DNA of 63,140 nt, filler included, from Craspedostauros australis (taxonomy: Eukaryota), in the NCBI GenBank assembly GCA_030167865.1. It is 11 parts of 11 records of this genome, joined end to end, with 100 filler letters (N's around TTAATTAATTAA, not from the genome) between each part and the next. Parts side by side here need not be neighbours in the genome. Positions count along the whole stretch, not along the records: positions 28,940 to 47,786 come from JALAGF010002429.1; positions 47,887 to 56,526 come from JALAGF010002431.1; 9 more parts are not named here. One strand, 5' to 3'. The translations under genes were made by a program, and so were the position numbers. This document shows positions 44,509 through 56,626 of this stretch, in pieces; position 1 is the stretch's first letter, and each line of letters begins with the position of its first letter. The notes beneath the pieces were generated by a model. It made no database searches and was not told the DNA's origin. It saw only the letters and a list, made by a program, of their open reading frames with translations.

Positions 44509-46263
44509 CTACTCTTCCAACACGCGCAGCATGTGCACCACCATGACCAGGTCATCGCCAAGTTCCACTTCGTGCGTTTCGGCATACTCGTTACCGACGA
44601 GCCGCCTCCAACGCGCAAGTTCGTGCAGGTTCTCCGGGTTGCTCTCGAGCTCCTTCTTGGCCTCGAGGTACCGCGCTCGGACCTTGTCGGTGACGACGTC
44701 CTTGGGTGCCGCTCGTCGCAGCAGGAGAGCGCGGTTGCCACCATCTTGGGCTTCGACCGCGGTGCCTGGCACTTCGCCGTAGAGGCCGGCCAGGAACCTG
44801 AAGTTGGACTCGTCGGGCCTCTTGTTGCGCTCGGGCCGGTTGGTGTAGTCCATGCAGTTGCCCAGATCGGCGTTGTAGAAGTCCTCGTCCCAGTGCGGCA
44901 GACCGAAGCCGTGTCCGATCTCATGGCACATGGTGTACTGCTTCTGCCCGTCGGTGGCACGATTCAGGTAGTACTCGTTCAGCTTCGCGGAGGATTCGAG
45001 GATGAGGTTGCGGCGCCTGTCCAGCAGGACGACGTTGATTCCGCGCCACTTCGTGTCACCGTAGTTGCCGTTGCACACCTTGATGATGCCCCTCTCACCT
45101 TCGCATTCGTATTCGTAGCTGCGGCGGCTGGTGGAGATGGTGAGGGCGTCGGGGTTGCCACCGTCCCAATCGCGGACGGCGATCTCGAAGAACTGCTGCC
45201 AGTCTTCATCCAGGAGGCTCACGATCTCGATCTCGAGGCCCTCGCCATCGTTGCCCCACCGGTAGTAGGCGGCCTGGTCGCCAGGGTCGCTGGCGTTGAA
45301 GGAAGGGATGGAGTCGTCGGTGGGTGCGAACGGATCGATGTCGATGATGTCGTCTCTGCCCCAGTCCGAAATGTTGGAGATGGTGTCGCCGTCGATGATG
45401 CCAAAGAAGTACAGCGCACCGATGAGGATGCCGACGCAGGCAAAGAAGGTCAGCCACCCAAAGCAGCACCGGCGTCTGCGACGTTTCTGATCCTCAACGA
45501 GCATCTCCCTGGTGAGTTCTCTGGATGCCCGATTCTGCTCCTGGTTTTGGTACCGCCTTGCGATCTCTTCGTCCGTCAGCACGACTCCGGTTGCCGGTGC
45601 TACCTGACTGCGTTCGATCTGGGATCGGGCGTACCGCCTGGCGACCTCCTCATCCTGCAGCTGGCGAGCGAGTCGGGCGTCTTCGTCAAACGCGGCACTG
45701 GAGTCGACCGTCGCGGTGGTATGCATCGCACTGCTGCCTTCGTAGCTGGCCATGATGGCATCGTTGGCCATCCTGCGTGCAAGATCAGCGTCTTTCAGCT
45801 CCTGCTGCCTGCGGCTGTCGATCAACGAAGTCGCGTGCATGTTGGTTGTCGGCATAACGGCAACAGGTGGTGGAGAAGACCGATCAAAGTCATCGTATCC
45901 AGACGCTAACCTCCTGGCGAGTTCCGCATCCGCAAGCTCCTGCTCCCTTTGGCTGGCCCTCATGGCGTCGCTCTCGCTAGCGGAGTCATCTGGTGCTGTT
46001 TCGTTGGTCCTCACGTGCTGAAGGGTGACATCGACATGCTGAAGGGTGACATCGACGTCCCCCATCGCGCTTGCTGGAGGCGCAGTGGCGCGTTTCTGGC
46101 CCTCCTTCTGATTCTGGTTGCTGAGGAACTCCTGCCTGTACTGCTCCTGCAGCTGCGCCGCAAGTGCCTGACTTACGTCCTCGTCTTGGGATGGTCGCGG
46201 TGCCCTCGATGTGCCGTTGTTAGGTTTGTTCATCTTTCTACCTTTCTTTCCTTTGGGTGCCAT
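44509..46263 (-). CDS. Type II membrane zinc metalloprotease (metzincin) with cytosolic DxxLARxL repeats
   Basis: HEIGHGFGLPH with Met-turn CMDY. TM segment CCFGWLTFFACVGILIGALYFFGII follows KRRRRR. N-terminal repeats DAELARRL, DADLARRM, DARLARQLQDEE and DEEIARRYQ. Confidence 0.85.
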   Translation of the reverse strand: MAPKGKKGRKMNKPNNGTSRAPRPSQDEDVSQALAAQLQEQYRQEFLSNQNQKEGQKRATAPPASAMGDVDVTLQHVDVTLQHVRTNETAPDDSASESDAMRASQREQELADAELARRLASGYDDFDRSSPPPVAVMPTTNMHATSLIDSRRQQELKDADLARRMANDAIMASYEGSSAMHTTATVDSSAAFDEDARLARQLQDEEVARRYARSQIERSQVAPATGVVLTDEEIARRYQNQEQNRASRELTREMLVEDQKRRRRRCCFGWLTFFACVGILIGALYFFGIIDGDTISNISDWGRDDIIDIDPFAPTDDSIPSFNASDPGDQAAYYRWGNDGEGLEIEIVSLLDEDWQQFFEIAVRDWDGGNPDALTISTSRRSYEYECEGERGIIKVCNGNYGDTKWRGINVVLLDRRRNLILESSAKLNEYYLNRATDGQKQYTMCHEIGHGFGLPHWDEDFYNADLGNCMDYTNRPERNKRPDESNFRFLAGLYGEVPGTAVEAQDGGNRALLLRRAAPKDVVTDKVRARYLEAKKELESNPENLHELARWRRLVGNEYAETHEVELGDDLVMVVHMLRVLEE

Positions 46264-48705
46264 GGTTGCGGTATTATGCGTGTGTGTATGTGTGCGTGTG
46301 TACTATGCTCGTCTGGAAGCGTCCTCAACGCAACGCAACGTAATGCAGCCAGTCTCTTTGCACTTGCGCTTCACTGATGTGCTCCGTGTTGGTGCTCTTT
46401 GATGCAGAATGGTCTCTATTGCGTGCACTATGGCTCTCACGAGGAGTTCGCCTCTCGCCAAATTCTTTGGCTTGGAAACGCAACCAGACGAAGTCGATTG
46501 AGGAGAGGGGTTCAGGTCGATTGCTGTGTTCGAGTTGGTTCCTTGAACAGGGTGTGGTGCGGGCGTTTCGCAACTGCAATGCAGAAGTAACCGTGTGTTA
46601 TGCGCTGGTCTGCGTGTGCGATGATGTCCAAAAGGTGAAGTGACGTGAATCTGAGGCTGCGAATGTCAACGGTTGTCAACGGTGTTTTTACAGATTGCTT
46701 GAGCGACAAGACTCGAGGAGTGAGATGAGGACTGTGATAGCGTGGAAGGTGTGTGGTCGCAGTGATGATGTGCCAGTGTTACGATGAGTACCTGTGCACG
46801 CTTCGGCTCGCTCTTGGGTGTTGTTTGTGATCGTAAATGACCGTCTTGCGATGGACTTCAGGGTGTGTGTGAGGCGCTGTTGCTCTTCTTGCTTGGATGA
46901 AGAGTGGCTGTCGAGTGGTCTGCGTCGCAATTGATGTGGAGGATGCAGAGAGGGGTCTGATGCTGTTGGTGTTGGGTTGGTCAGGGGCAACGAACACAAC
47001 TGGCGCCGATCCGATCAAGAGGAAGAGCTTTTTCTGTTTTGTGACTGATGGAGGCGGCAAAACGGAACCAATTCGAGTCCTTTCTCTTCGCCTTGTCTTG
47101 CTTGACTTTGGTTTGCTTCGTGTTTGTGTAGATGCGAGACTGATGCAGAGATCGTTCCAACAACCTCTCGTTGATGGCAGACGTCGCAGGAAATGCGCGA
47201 TCACTTCTGGAGATGCTGCAACCAACAATTCAAACACAGAGAGATCCGAGTCTCCGAGTGCAGGGGAGGACTTGATTGTCGTTTTGGTTCCCTTGGCCGC
47301 ATGTATTGGAATGGGAGTGCAATGGTTGCTTTTGCGTGTTGCCTTGTGCTGTGCTCTCGTTGGTTCCACTTTGTGCGTTGTGTCGGAAGATGCGTGACGG
47401 GATTTTTGGCCGTGACCTTCCTGTGCCGCGGTTTCTCGACATCGTTTTGAACGACTAAATTCGGTGGTCCCACTGCCGTTTTCGTCTTGCTTACTACCTC
47501 CAGGTCGCAGTTGATGCACTCACGATAACACTAGTTGTGGAGTTTTGGCCCCTTGTTGTCACTGGTTTGCTTGCTTTTGGGAGAAACGGCGATTGGATAT
47601 TTAGAGCTATTGTGTGTTTGCTCTCGCTGATCCGTCTTCTACGTCACAGGGAACGTATTCCACGTCATGAAAAACGAGTCACAACAGAGGAAGAGACATC
47701 GTGTGACTCTTCCTCCGCAAGACAAGATGATGACTGCGCGCGGCGACAACAGAATGTGCCAGGCCAGGACAGCCAACAACACTCCANNNNNNNNNNNNNN
47801 NNNNNNNNNNNNNNNNNNNNNNNNNNNNNNTTAATTAATTAANNNNNNNNNNNNNNNNNNNNNNNNNNNNNNNNNNNNNNNNNNNNAAGAACAGCAAAGG
47901 GTTAAATTGGATCGATGTAGTCGGTAGAAGACGGCCGAGTCCCTAAAGCAGTCTAAAAATGCGCACATTGTCGGGTCCATAAAACTTAAAATAGGATCTA
48001 TCTCAAAAATGTAATGGTTAATTATTTATAAAGAGAGGTAGGAGAATACGAATATGTACGTTGTTTGGATATCTGAGACAAAAGTTCTGGAGTCCCGTAA
48101 CAAAGTGCAGGTCGACTCACTAAGTGGGGTCATAGAGCGGCGCCCGCAAAAGACCCAAATCTTTTGTGCACGCACTGCGAACACGTAACGAGAGTTTTCA
48201 CCCAGGCATTGCGCCACGGTTTCTCTCATGCTTTTACGACACCCTTCTCGTGTCGCACACTCTTCTCTTTTCTCAACGCGCCTCGTTTCATCGCCCAGCT
48301 GTGTTTGTACGCAAGTACAATTGCACCACCAGATTGCTTGAGTTTATCAGCTATATCCATTGGTCAGAGAACGGAGACAAGGCATGCAACGAGTTGAAGA
48401 CAAGAGGTTGGAGTCGTTTGCACTACGCTCTGCCTGTTGCTTCTGTGTACGGTCACAGAGCGCTGCACGACGCATCGATGAGCATGCCACAGGACACTGT
48501 GGAGAGAGAAAGCAACCTGACCATTTGGAACAGCCAAAGAGTCAGATGGTCCGAAGACCAGACAAGCAAAGACGACGGACAGCACATCAATCAACGCAAT
48601 AACCATTGAGCAGAACCATCATGGCAGCGGATGGAGCTACAATGCACAGGTTGTTCCCCAGGATTGGGTTCAATGCTGGTGCAGCAAACATGCTGTTCCA
48701 TGACC

Positions 48706-48735
48706 AAATAAATAAATAAATAAATAAATAAATAA
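48706..48735 (-). repeat. (TTTA)7 simple-repeat 3' tail of the LINE
   Basis: (aaat)7aa on the + strand, ~150 nt beyond the element's stop codon. Confidence 0.85.
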
Positions 48736-48886
48736 CGCAAAGATTAGATTACCACTGTGGCATCGGCGCCGTAGGCGCTTTTCTCCGCCTCCTTTAATCT
48801 TCCCGCCAGGCGGGAAGGGAGCACGGACTCGACGTTGCTGTGTGTATATGTATGTAGGCCCCAGCGAGAAGGTGGATCCGCCGCCG

Positions 48887-51800
48887 CTAATCGTTTGGTT
48901 GGTCTGGTTGGACTTGCTGCTTGTACCGTAGCCAGCGACTCAGCGTGCCATGGGCAGCTGGTTTGCCAAGCAGCCGAGCAGCTTGCTCCAGCCATACAGC
49001 GATCTGCGGTACCGACGCGCTCGCCCCTGGGGAGGTGTCGACGATTCGTTGGTTGCTATCTGGGGACTCCTCGAGGCACTGCCGAATTGAAGCTACACGT
49101 GTTCGCAGCGCTTGCTCCATTTCGGCGTCGGCCGAGTCGTCTTGATGGAATAATGCGTCGTTCCGCACCTGCCATTGCTCCCATGCTATTTTCCATATTC
49201 GCCGCACCAATTGGATGGACCACTTTTTGGCCATCTTTCTCGTGTCTTGTTGCTCCAGAAAGGCCTCCTGCAGCGCGTGCCATTCTGCGGACAGCAAACC
49301 CTTCCGAAGGGCCATGCGTCCCACTGTCGCCTGACTCTGAGTGGCAGACCTCATTGCAACACTCATGCCTGTCGGCTGCAGCAACACCGTGCCGCTGACT
49401 TGGCTGCGAAGTGTCGAGGTGACGGCTTGCGTCACTCCCGGGCTGGTGGGGTATCGCTGCATCCAACTCCGGATATCCTCGACGTGTCGGCTGGCCGCTT
49501 GGACTCTCACGGGATCTTTGCATTCCCAGAAGTGCGCGCTGCTCTCCGGTTCCCCACAATTGGGACACTTATCGGAGTCGCGCAGGCCCCATTGCTTCAT
49601 GCGTTGGCCTGTCGCTGCCTCTCCTGTCACTAGCTTGAAAGTGAAAATGCGCTTGGTGTGATCTAGAGACCGGAGCCCTCCTGCGACCGCGTCCCAGTGG
49701 ACTTGATCCCCTTGGTCAACGACTTTCCGTGCTGTCAGGGTTTCGATCGCCGCGCCTGCAGTGGATCTCCCAAAGATGCTGTCATACCTAATCGTCGTCA
49801 ATTTGCCCCTGCTGTGGATGGAAACCCGCTCCCTGTGGATTGCTCCGCCATAGACGCATGCTTCCGGAAGAGACACGCGCGCCGAGCCCGCCAGTTTGTC
49901 TGCCTCAATATTGAACTTCGCCCAATCGTCAAGGGTTGTCCATTCCGCGGCATCGTCTTGGTGCCCTTTCACATGCTTCCCTGTGACTTCAATTGGAAGG
50001 CCTTGGCTGAGGTTTCGAACCGCCCTCTGCAGATCCGCGTCGGTGGATCTCGGGGACAGATGCCAGTCGCCATCGAGCGCCTTCAGCGCGCTTAGATTGT
50101 CACATCCCAAAGTCATCGAGCCCTGCCTTACACTGCATGCTTCGCAGACAGCTTCGATGAGTACGAACACTCCGTAGATTCCAGCGAGCTCCGCCCGGTG
50201 GGACTGCATGACCTCATTAGTCGCTGGGGTCCGGTTGGCGAGCCATTGCCTCGCCTCTTCGCCCCGGTGGCTGGCATGAATGACTGCGCCTGCTGCGCCA
50301 CACCCGTCTGCTACGGATCCATCGCTGCACGCCATGAGTGTACCGCATCGCAGAGAGTGGGAGATGGTATCGACTTCACCCACCATATCATGAACTTGCA
50401 TCGCCCATGACTTGGATGGCGGCATCGCGTTAATGAGGGCATCGAGCTGCTTCACTGGAGGAGTGTGTGGCGGAATTGCTGGACCCGAGTCGACGACCAT
50501 GATTCTTCCCTGGGATAGGTACCCATCGACCATCTCTTGGCCTGGACTGATGGCGCCGTCAGCTGTTTCATACTGCCGTTGCCGTCGGCGTCTGGGCATC
50601 CGGCGAAAGTGTTGATCGGGATGCAAAGAATGGAACAGTCGATCCTCGTGAACACTTCGAAAGACCAAGGGCCTCATCGACAAGAACCTCCTCCAGCTTC
50701 CCAGAGGTCGCTCCAACGTGATAGCGCTTGTTCGAGATGCCAGGAAACACTGGCTGATCACCTGTCTCCATTGTCGCCACCTCGCCAAACTGATGTCACC
50801 CATCGCTGGCCACTTCATGACCGATTGTCTGAGTTGCGTTGGCTCGGGCCCGAGCACATTGGGGACCAGGGCATCTCCTGTGGCATTCACGATGTCTGAC
50901 AACCAAAATACCTGTTTCTTTTGCCTGCACAAATTCACTGCTCGCAGCATCGACTTGGGCAGCCCCAGCTTCATCACTAGATCCATAACCGGAACGTCGT
51001 GCTGTCGCGGTGGTGTGACGATGGGTGTCTCGTACCGTATCTGGATTGCTGCTCCATGAGCTTCGCCCCACACCGACTTCATCCAGGACTCCTCGGCAAG
51101 CGAGCCCCATTTGTCGATGACCATCTCCATCACTCTTGGAATTCCTACCTGGAGTGTGAGGATCTCGACCTGCGTTCGTAGCAGCCTTCCGGTGAGCGAG
51201 GGCGTCTGCCAGTGCCGGACGATTGCCTCGATGCGTCAAACTGTTTGCGTGTTGTAGAGGTGCGGCACTCCAAGACCTAGACCTTGGGGCGCCCCGAACA
51301 CCAGTGCCCTGGAGACGTTGCGCTGTATGCCTGATGCGGGCAGAGCAGCTTGGAGTATTGGCCGCATGATGCGCTCCGCCGCCGCCTTGGAGAAGGTGGA
51401 ACTCAGAAGGGGATATTCAATCGTTTTCCATATGGTTGCCTTCATCGCGATCCACGCGTGCATGCGCAGTAGTTTCCCTCGCCGCATTTTATCTGCCCAT
51501 TGTTGTGCCTTCCCGGTGTAGTACGCCTCGTTGCTTTCTTGGTTGCCATCGTGCCTTACCATGACCCCCAGTGCCTTTCGGGCCTGGTCGACATGCAGTC
51601 GCTGCAGTTGTGATTTGTTGTTGCTGTCCGGTTGTCTGATGCTGATTTCTCCTGGTTGTTCCTCCACTGTTTTGTAACGCCATCGCTCCCCATCCCAACT
51701 GAATGCCATTAGATACCAATAGCTTTTCCTTGGTTCGAGAGCACCACCGGTCGCCCGGAGCATTCCCTCCCATGAATCCACCACTGCCTGGACCTCTGCA

Positions 51801-54800
51801 ACGCATGCATTTGGATCAGACGCGTCGCTTCGGACCGAGTGGATCAGATCCGTGTCGTCGACAAAGGAAAAACATACCAGCCATGTTGTTGTTCTTGAGA
51901 TCGGACTAGTGGCCCTGAAACCATATCCTTGCCTTTGCATGGCCTGCATGAGCGGGGAACTCATCGCCACCCATCCAGCGGGGGATATACCGAGTCCTTG
52001 GAGCAACCCCTGGAGCTTGGTGCCTTTGGTGGGATACGTTCGCAGCGATCGCCCAAAGCTTGTGAGGACGTGATGTTTCATTTTTTCAACCGCGTCGGTC
52101 ACGCTGTGGCTGATCCATGATGGGACTCCGATTCGGCTCATACTCATTCGTAGTGGGTTGTGCGCCATTCTGTCGTAGCAACTCTTGGCATCGTTGGAGC
52201 ATATGGCGCTGGTGGTTCCCGTGATGCGGACGATATCATCAATCATGCGGTTGTTGAGGCTGACTTCCGCCACACTTCGCTGTTTTCGGCTACCGTATTG
52301 TTCCTCTGGAAGCATGTCATGTTGCTCCGCATGTCGCATCATGATCTTGCCCACCCATTTTAGGTTTGCGTTGAAATCTCCTTCTACCAAGCTTATGGTT
52401 CGGAACCGTGTCACCCTGTAGTTTCCGGGTTCTTTGAGCAACGTCACATCCTCACAGCGTAACCACCTTTGCAGGTTGTACCCCGTTCGGAGAGAAATTT
52501 CTCGCATTACCGCGTCCACTTCCGCCAGGTGATCATCCTTCGTGTTGGCCTTCCAGAGGCCAAAGTGCAGTCCTGACGGCCCCGACGTGGTGCGTTCTCG
52601 GGCTTTGGACCACAATGCCTGGTGGCTCTCCACGGTGATTCGTAGAAACTCGGCTGTCCATGGGACTGGATGCCCGGACAGAAGTTGATCCATCAGCATG
52701 TCGTCATATGGGCCAAACTTGTGCTGGTGCCGCTGGCGGGCCTGCGCTGCCCCTTGCTGTCGTACGTCCTGTTCGAATCTCCGTTCTTGTAGCGGCGTTT
52801 TGTAGGCCTGCCTGTGTTTGGCTTCGTTGGCCTTCATACATTGCTTTATCACGGCCTGCTCAGTGTCGAATACTTCTTCCTCGCCGCTTTCGTTCGTTGC
52901 GATGACCATTGCCACCTTACCGTTGGCGTCGTAGCTGCCTGTCACCCTGCGGATGGCCTGGAACGTTTGCACCACCTCCTCTCGCTTGACGATGTTGGAT
53001 AGTGCCGCGGCCACTGTTATCTTGCCTGCGCGAGCTACTTCTTTGGCCCTTTCCTCCAGAAACGTTTTCCGGTATTCCGCCGCGTTGCGTTTGGCGTTCT
53101 TCCAGAGCTGATGTGCCCGTTTGCGCCGCTCTTGTATTTCTTCCGTGGATAGTGTCGCGGTGCGTATGCTCAGGTTTGCCTTCTTTTTTGCTCGATTGTA
53201 CCACCTGGAACTCACGTTCTTGCCTTGGCGCTTCTTCCATGCCAGATCCCAGAATTGCTTCTCCATTGCTTTGCGTTTTATCTCGGGAGAGAATGGGACG
53301 TTTCCCAGGAATATTCGCCGCGCTCTTTTCTCGGCATTCAGCATCATGTGTGCCCTGTCTGCATCAATGGATTCCGCCTCCGCGACTTGCTCCTCTGTGA
53401 GGCGCACTCCTGCTTCCGTCGCCTGCCGCAGGTTTTGCACTCTCTGTCCTATTTGTTTGGCACGGTATTGCTTGCGTAGTTGCTCCTGGTAGCGAGTCAC
53501 CGTGTTGGGCCTGTTGAGCTGCACTCGGCGCCCGCTGAATGTCGGCGTGGGTTTTCTTTGCGTGCCGAAGATGGACTCCGACGTGACCTCCACCCATGCG
53601 GTGCGGTGATCCCACGGCCCGAATGCGCTGTAGCCTGCCCGTACGATGTTCAATGACTCTGACACCCATATGCCGTCGATGACCCGATCAGATTGCGCCC
53701 TGATGTTGGTGGACATGCCTGGAGCATTGGGGTGTCGGCTCAATATCGCCTCCTTCATGCCCTGGCATCGCCTCATCTCTGCCATTTGAGACCTGTCGAC
53801 TGGCATGTTGATATCGCTGCCGATCACGATGGTCTCTCCCGCGCGTTTCCATTCCTGCAGAGCCTCCTCGAGGTCCTGTATGAGTTGCTTGATTGGTGGT
53901 GTGTTGTTGCCTTGTGATTCCAGCCACGATGCCTGCTGATTGTAAACCGTGCCTGCACTTTTGCCGCCTTTTGATGGGACATAAACGCTGACCATTCGCA
54001 CTGTCGTGCCTTGCTTCCCTCGCATGGTGAGGCTGGCCCATCTACCCAATCGCTTCGGATCCGTCTCTTGCGCCGTGACTCTGCCTGATGAGTGTCCCGT
54101 CATTGTGCATGCCGTGTCTCCCCACTGTCGTCGACTCCCGTATTGTTCGTGCTCATTGTAGGAGAGAGCATGTCTTTTGGTGTGCATGTGCTGCTTCGCT
54201 TCCGCGTTCCAAGACGTGGTTCCTCCCATCTTCGACCAGTTGATGCCTATTTCTGATAGGAGTGTCACATCAATCTTCATCTGCAGAATCCATTGCCACA
54301 TGTCTCGGTTTTTCCAATGGTTGGACTCGCTTTGGAGACATCCCACATTGAGGGCTGCTATTCTCAATATCGAGTGGCCCTTCGTCGCCGTGGAGTCTCC
54401 CCAATGCTTGTCCTGGAGGTTTTGCCCATCCTGGCGCGTCCCCTCCGGGGTTGCATCCATTTGGCTTGCGGGGGTGGTTGACAATGCTTCGCCTGCCCCC
54501 AGCTGTGCATTATTCATTGGTGGCGCCCCCTTCTTTGCTTGAGTCGGGGGAGCCAAGCCGGACGCCTGTATTTGGGCGCGCAGCGCTGCGATGATAGAAT
54601 CCTTGCTGGCGATCTCGTTCGACTGTTCTTGCACTCTCTTACGATTGCGTTCCGCCTCTTGGTCTTTCCTTGCTTCTCTCATGACTGCCTCCAGTTTGTT
54701 TTCGATTTCCTCTGCCTCCGTCTGTGAGTCTGGTTGGGTGTATCGTGACGATGCTGCTGATTTGCCAAGTTCAGTTGTGAACGTGTAAACCGACTCATCC

Positions 54801-56503
54801 TCTAGCCTTGGTTTCTTTCTCCTTGGCGAGGACTCTTGGTCGTCGTCCATCATTCCCATGCCGTCGATTTGCACTTCTCCGAAGCCTTCATCGAGCAGGA
54901 AGTCCATCTCCAGCTCCATCTCGGCATCAACGTAGTCTCCGCTATCGTCTTTCTGCATGAGACAGCTCATCTCGACGATGTCATCGGAGAACCACGTGTT
55001 GGTTGATGCGTTGATCTCTGTGGCACATCGGACGGCGATGGTGTGTATGATCCCGACTGCTTCCGGGAAACGCTCACCGAACGCGACGATGTGTATGGCA
55101 TCTTCTTTTCCATCTGCCATGTGCGTTGTGCTCACATCGTGGATGAGAGGACATCCCTCCTTGGTTTGCTTTGCTAGGAATTGTCGCAGAGTGATTTGTT
55201 TGGTCTCTGGATCTTTTTCGTCGAGCGAGAAGTCTCCCTTGAGTTGTTCGTACTTGAGTTGTCGCATGTAGCGCTGGTGTTTCTTGATCATGGCCTTTAC
55301 CTTGGTGGCGGTCTTTGCTCCCATGACGGATGTTCCCGGTTTGGGGACGTAGCGGTAGTTCAATCCCCCACGATGCGCGTCTTTTTTGTTGAAGATTTGG
55401 CCCAGCATTTTGGATGCCCGTCGAGCGTCTTTGACATCGGCGTGGATGTGCAGCGCCATCCAAGGCGCGTTGTACCAGCTTCCTCTGTTGGCTCTATGCT
55501 CGTCTTGAACGTCCTCCTGTACTTTTCCGATGAATTTGACTCTTCCTCCCACCTTGATCTTTGCTCTGCTTTCCGCCAGTAGTTGGTTGATGACTTTGAG
55601 AGTTTGCTTCGCCTTCGTGAAGTTTCCTGAGTATGCCATGAATCCGATTTCGGTGATGTGCTCCGCGTCCCTTAGGTCTTGGATGTAAGCATATTCTCCT
55701 TCTGTGTAGGATCCCTCCATCTTGTTGCTCCTGCTGGTGAAGACCTGCATGTCGACATTGGATGCCAGTAGAATCTGCATGTACACGTCCTCGCTCCTTG
55801 AGCTTGGATTTGCCTTTCCCAAATAGACTCTGAGGTCCTTCCATTGTGTTGGAACTCCTTCCGTTGTTGAGATGCATCCTTTCTTCTTGTTCTTCTTGTA
55901 CCATGGGCGTATGACGAGGCTCTTGTCCATTTCTTTGGCTTCCTCCCACCACTGTGCAAATCTTGCCTGAAAATCTCGGACTGGCGTGCGCGACCCTTTC
56001 GGGATCTTCAAGCGCATTTCAAATCTTTCGTAGTGGCGTTGCTTGATGTTGCCGATCTGCGTCTCCCTTGCCTCCACTGTCGTCCACCCTTGCTTCTTGG
56101 CGGCGTCCTCTCCCGGTTCCCCAGGAGCGTCTGGTTGGTTAGAGGCTTGATTGGGGTTGGGAAGTGCTGCCACTGCCGGGACTTTGGCTGTTTTGAGTCG
56201 CTTGGATTTGCCCTCCTTGACTGTGGTCGTGAAAGCCGTGAGATTCGATTGGCGCAGGGGTCGCTTAGTGATGAGCGCCTCGAGATCGTGGCTGCTGTCG
56301 TCGCTATCTTCCTCCATGGGCTCCGCCGCTGAGTCGACTTCTGGTGGGCTCAACTCTTTGGGATATTGGCTGCCCATGTAGTTGACTGTTGCTGCCCACA
56401 TGATTGTCATCTGATTTGCCATCGTCTTTTGGTGCTCCCCTTGTGTGTCGAGATGTACATGTGAGTATATGTCAAGATGTACGTGTATATGTGCATCGTT
56501 CAC
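48887..56503 (-). pseudogene. Single 2539-codon LINE reading frame interrupted by one in-frame TGA at 51236-51238
   Basis: Track ORFs 51236..56503 and 48887..51133 share a frame. The 34 codons between them are open (TQTV*RIEAIVRHWQTPSLTGRLLR...). Confidence 0.85.
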
Positions 56504-56626
56504 CCGTTATTCTCTCATACGCACTTNNNNNNNNNNNNNNNNNNNNNNNNNNNNNNNNNNNNNNNNNNNNTTAATTAATTAANNNNNNNNNNNNNNNNNN
56601 NNNNNNNNNNNNNNNNNNNNNNNNNN

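Larger units (their letters stand above)
48706..56526 (-). mobile_element. Near full-length Ambal-like non-LTR retrotransposon (LINE): ORF1-like region, APE endonuclease, RT, RNase H, CCHC finger, 3' UTR and (TTTA)n tail
   Basis: APE motifs LNVG, SEIGINW, VSVYVP, GSDIN, IDGIW, DHR. RT motifs SNDAKSCYDRM, QGLLQG, FVDDTD. RNase H motifs SDGS, RAELAG, CDN, HVKGHQD, NIEADKLA. CPNCGEPESSAHFWEC. Tail at 48706-48735. Confidence 0.92.

Noticed and set aside
44443..45909. 488-aa plus-strand ORF, and similar ones at 43297-44334, 41123-41980, 40049-40852, 8661-9413 and 7920-8654
   Set aside because: Antisense shadows of real genes with high third-position GC; no domain features.
46779..47519. 246-aa minus-strand ORF
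   Set aside because: Low complexity, no motif, and it lies in repeat-like sequence near a contig end.
47887..48330. AT-rich tract resembling a DNA-transposon subterminal region (also 20440-20640)
   Set aside because: No TIR pair or target-site duplication could be identified.
51236..51238. In-frame TGA as programmed readthrough or selenocysteine
   Set aside because: More simply a CGA>TGA mutation in a decaying TE; no SECIS or readthrough context evident.
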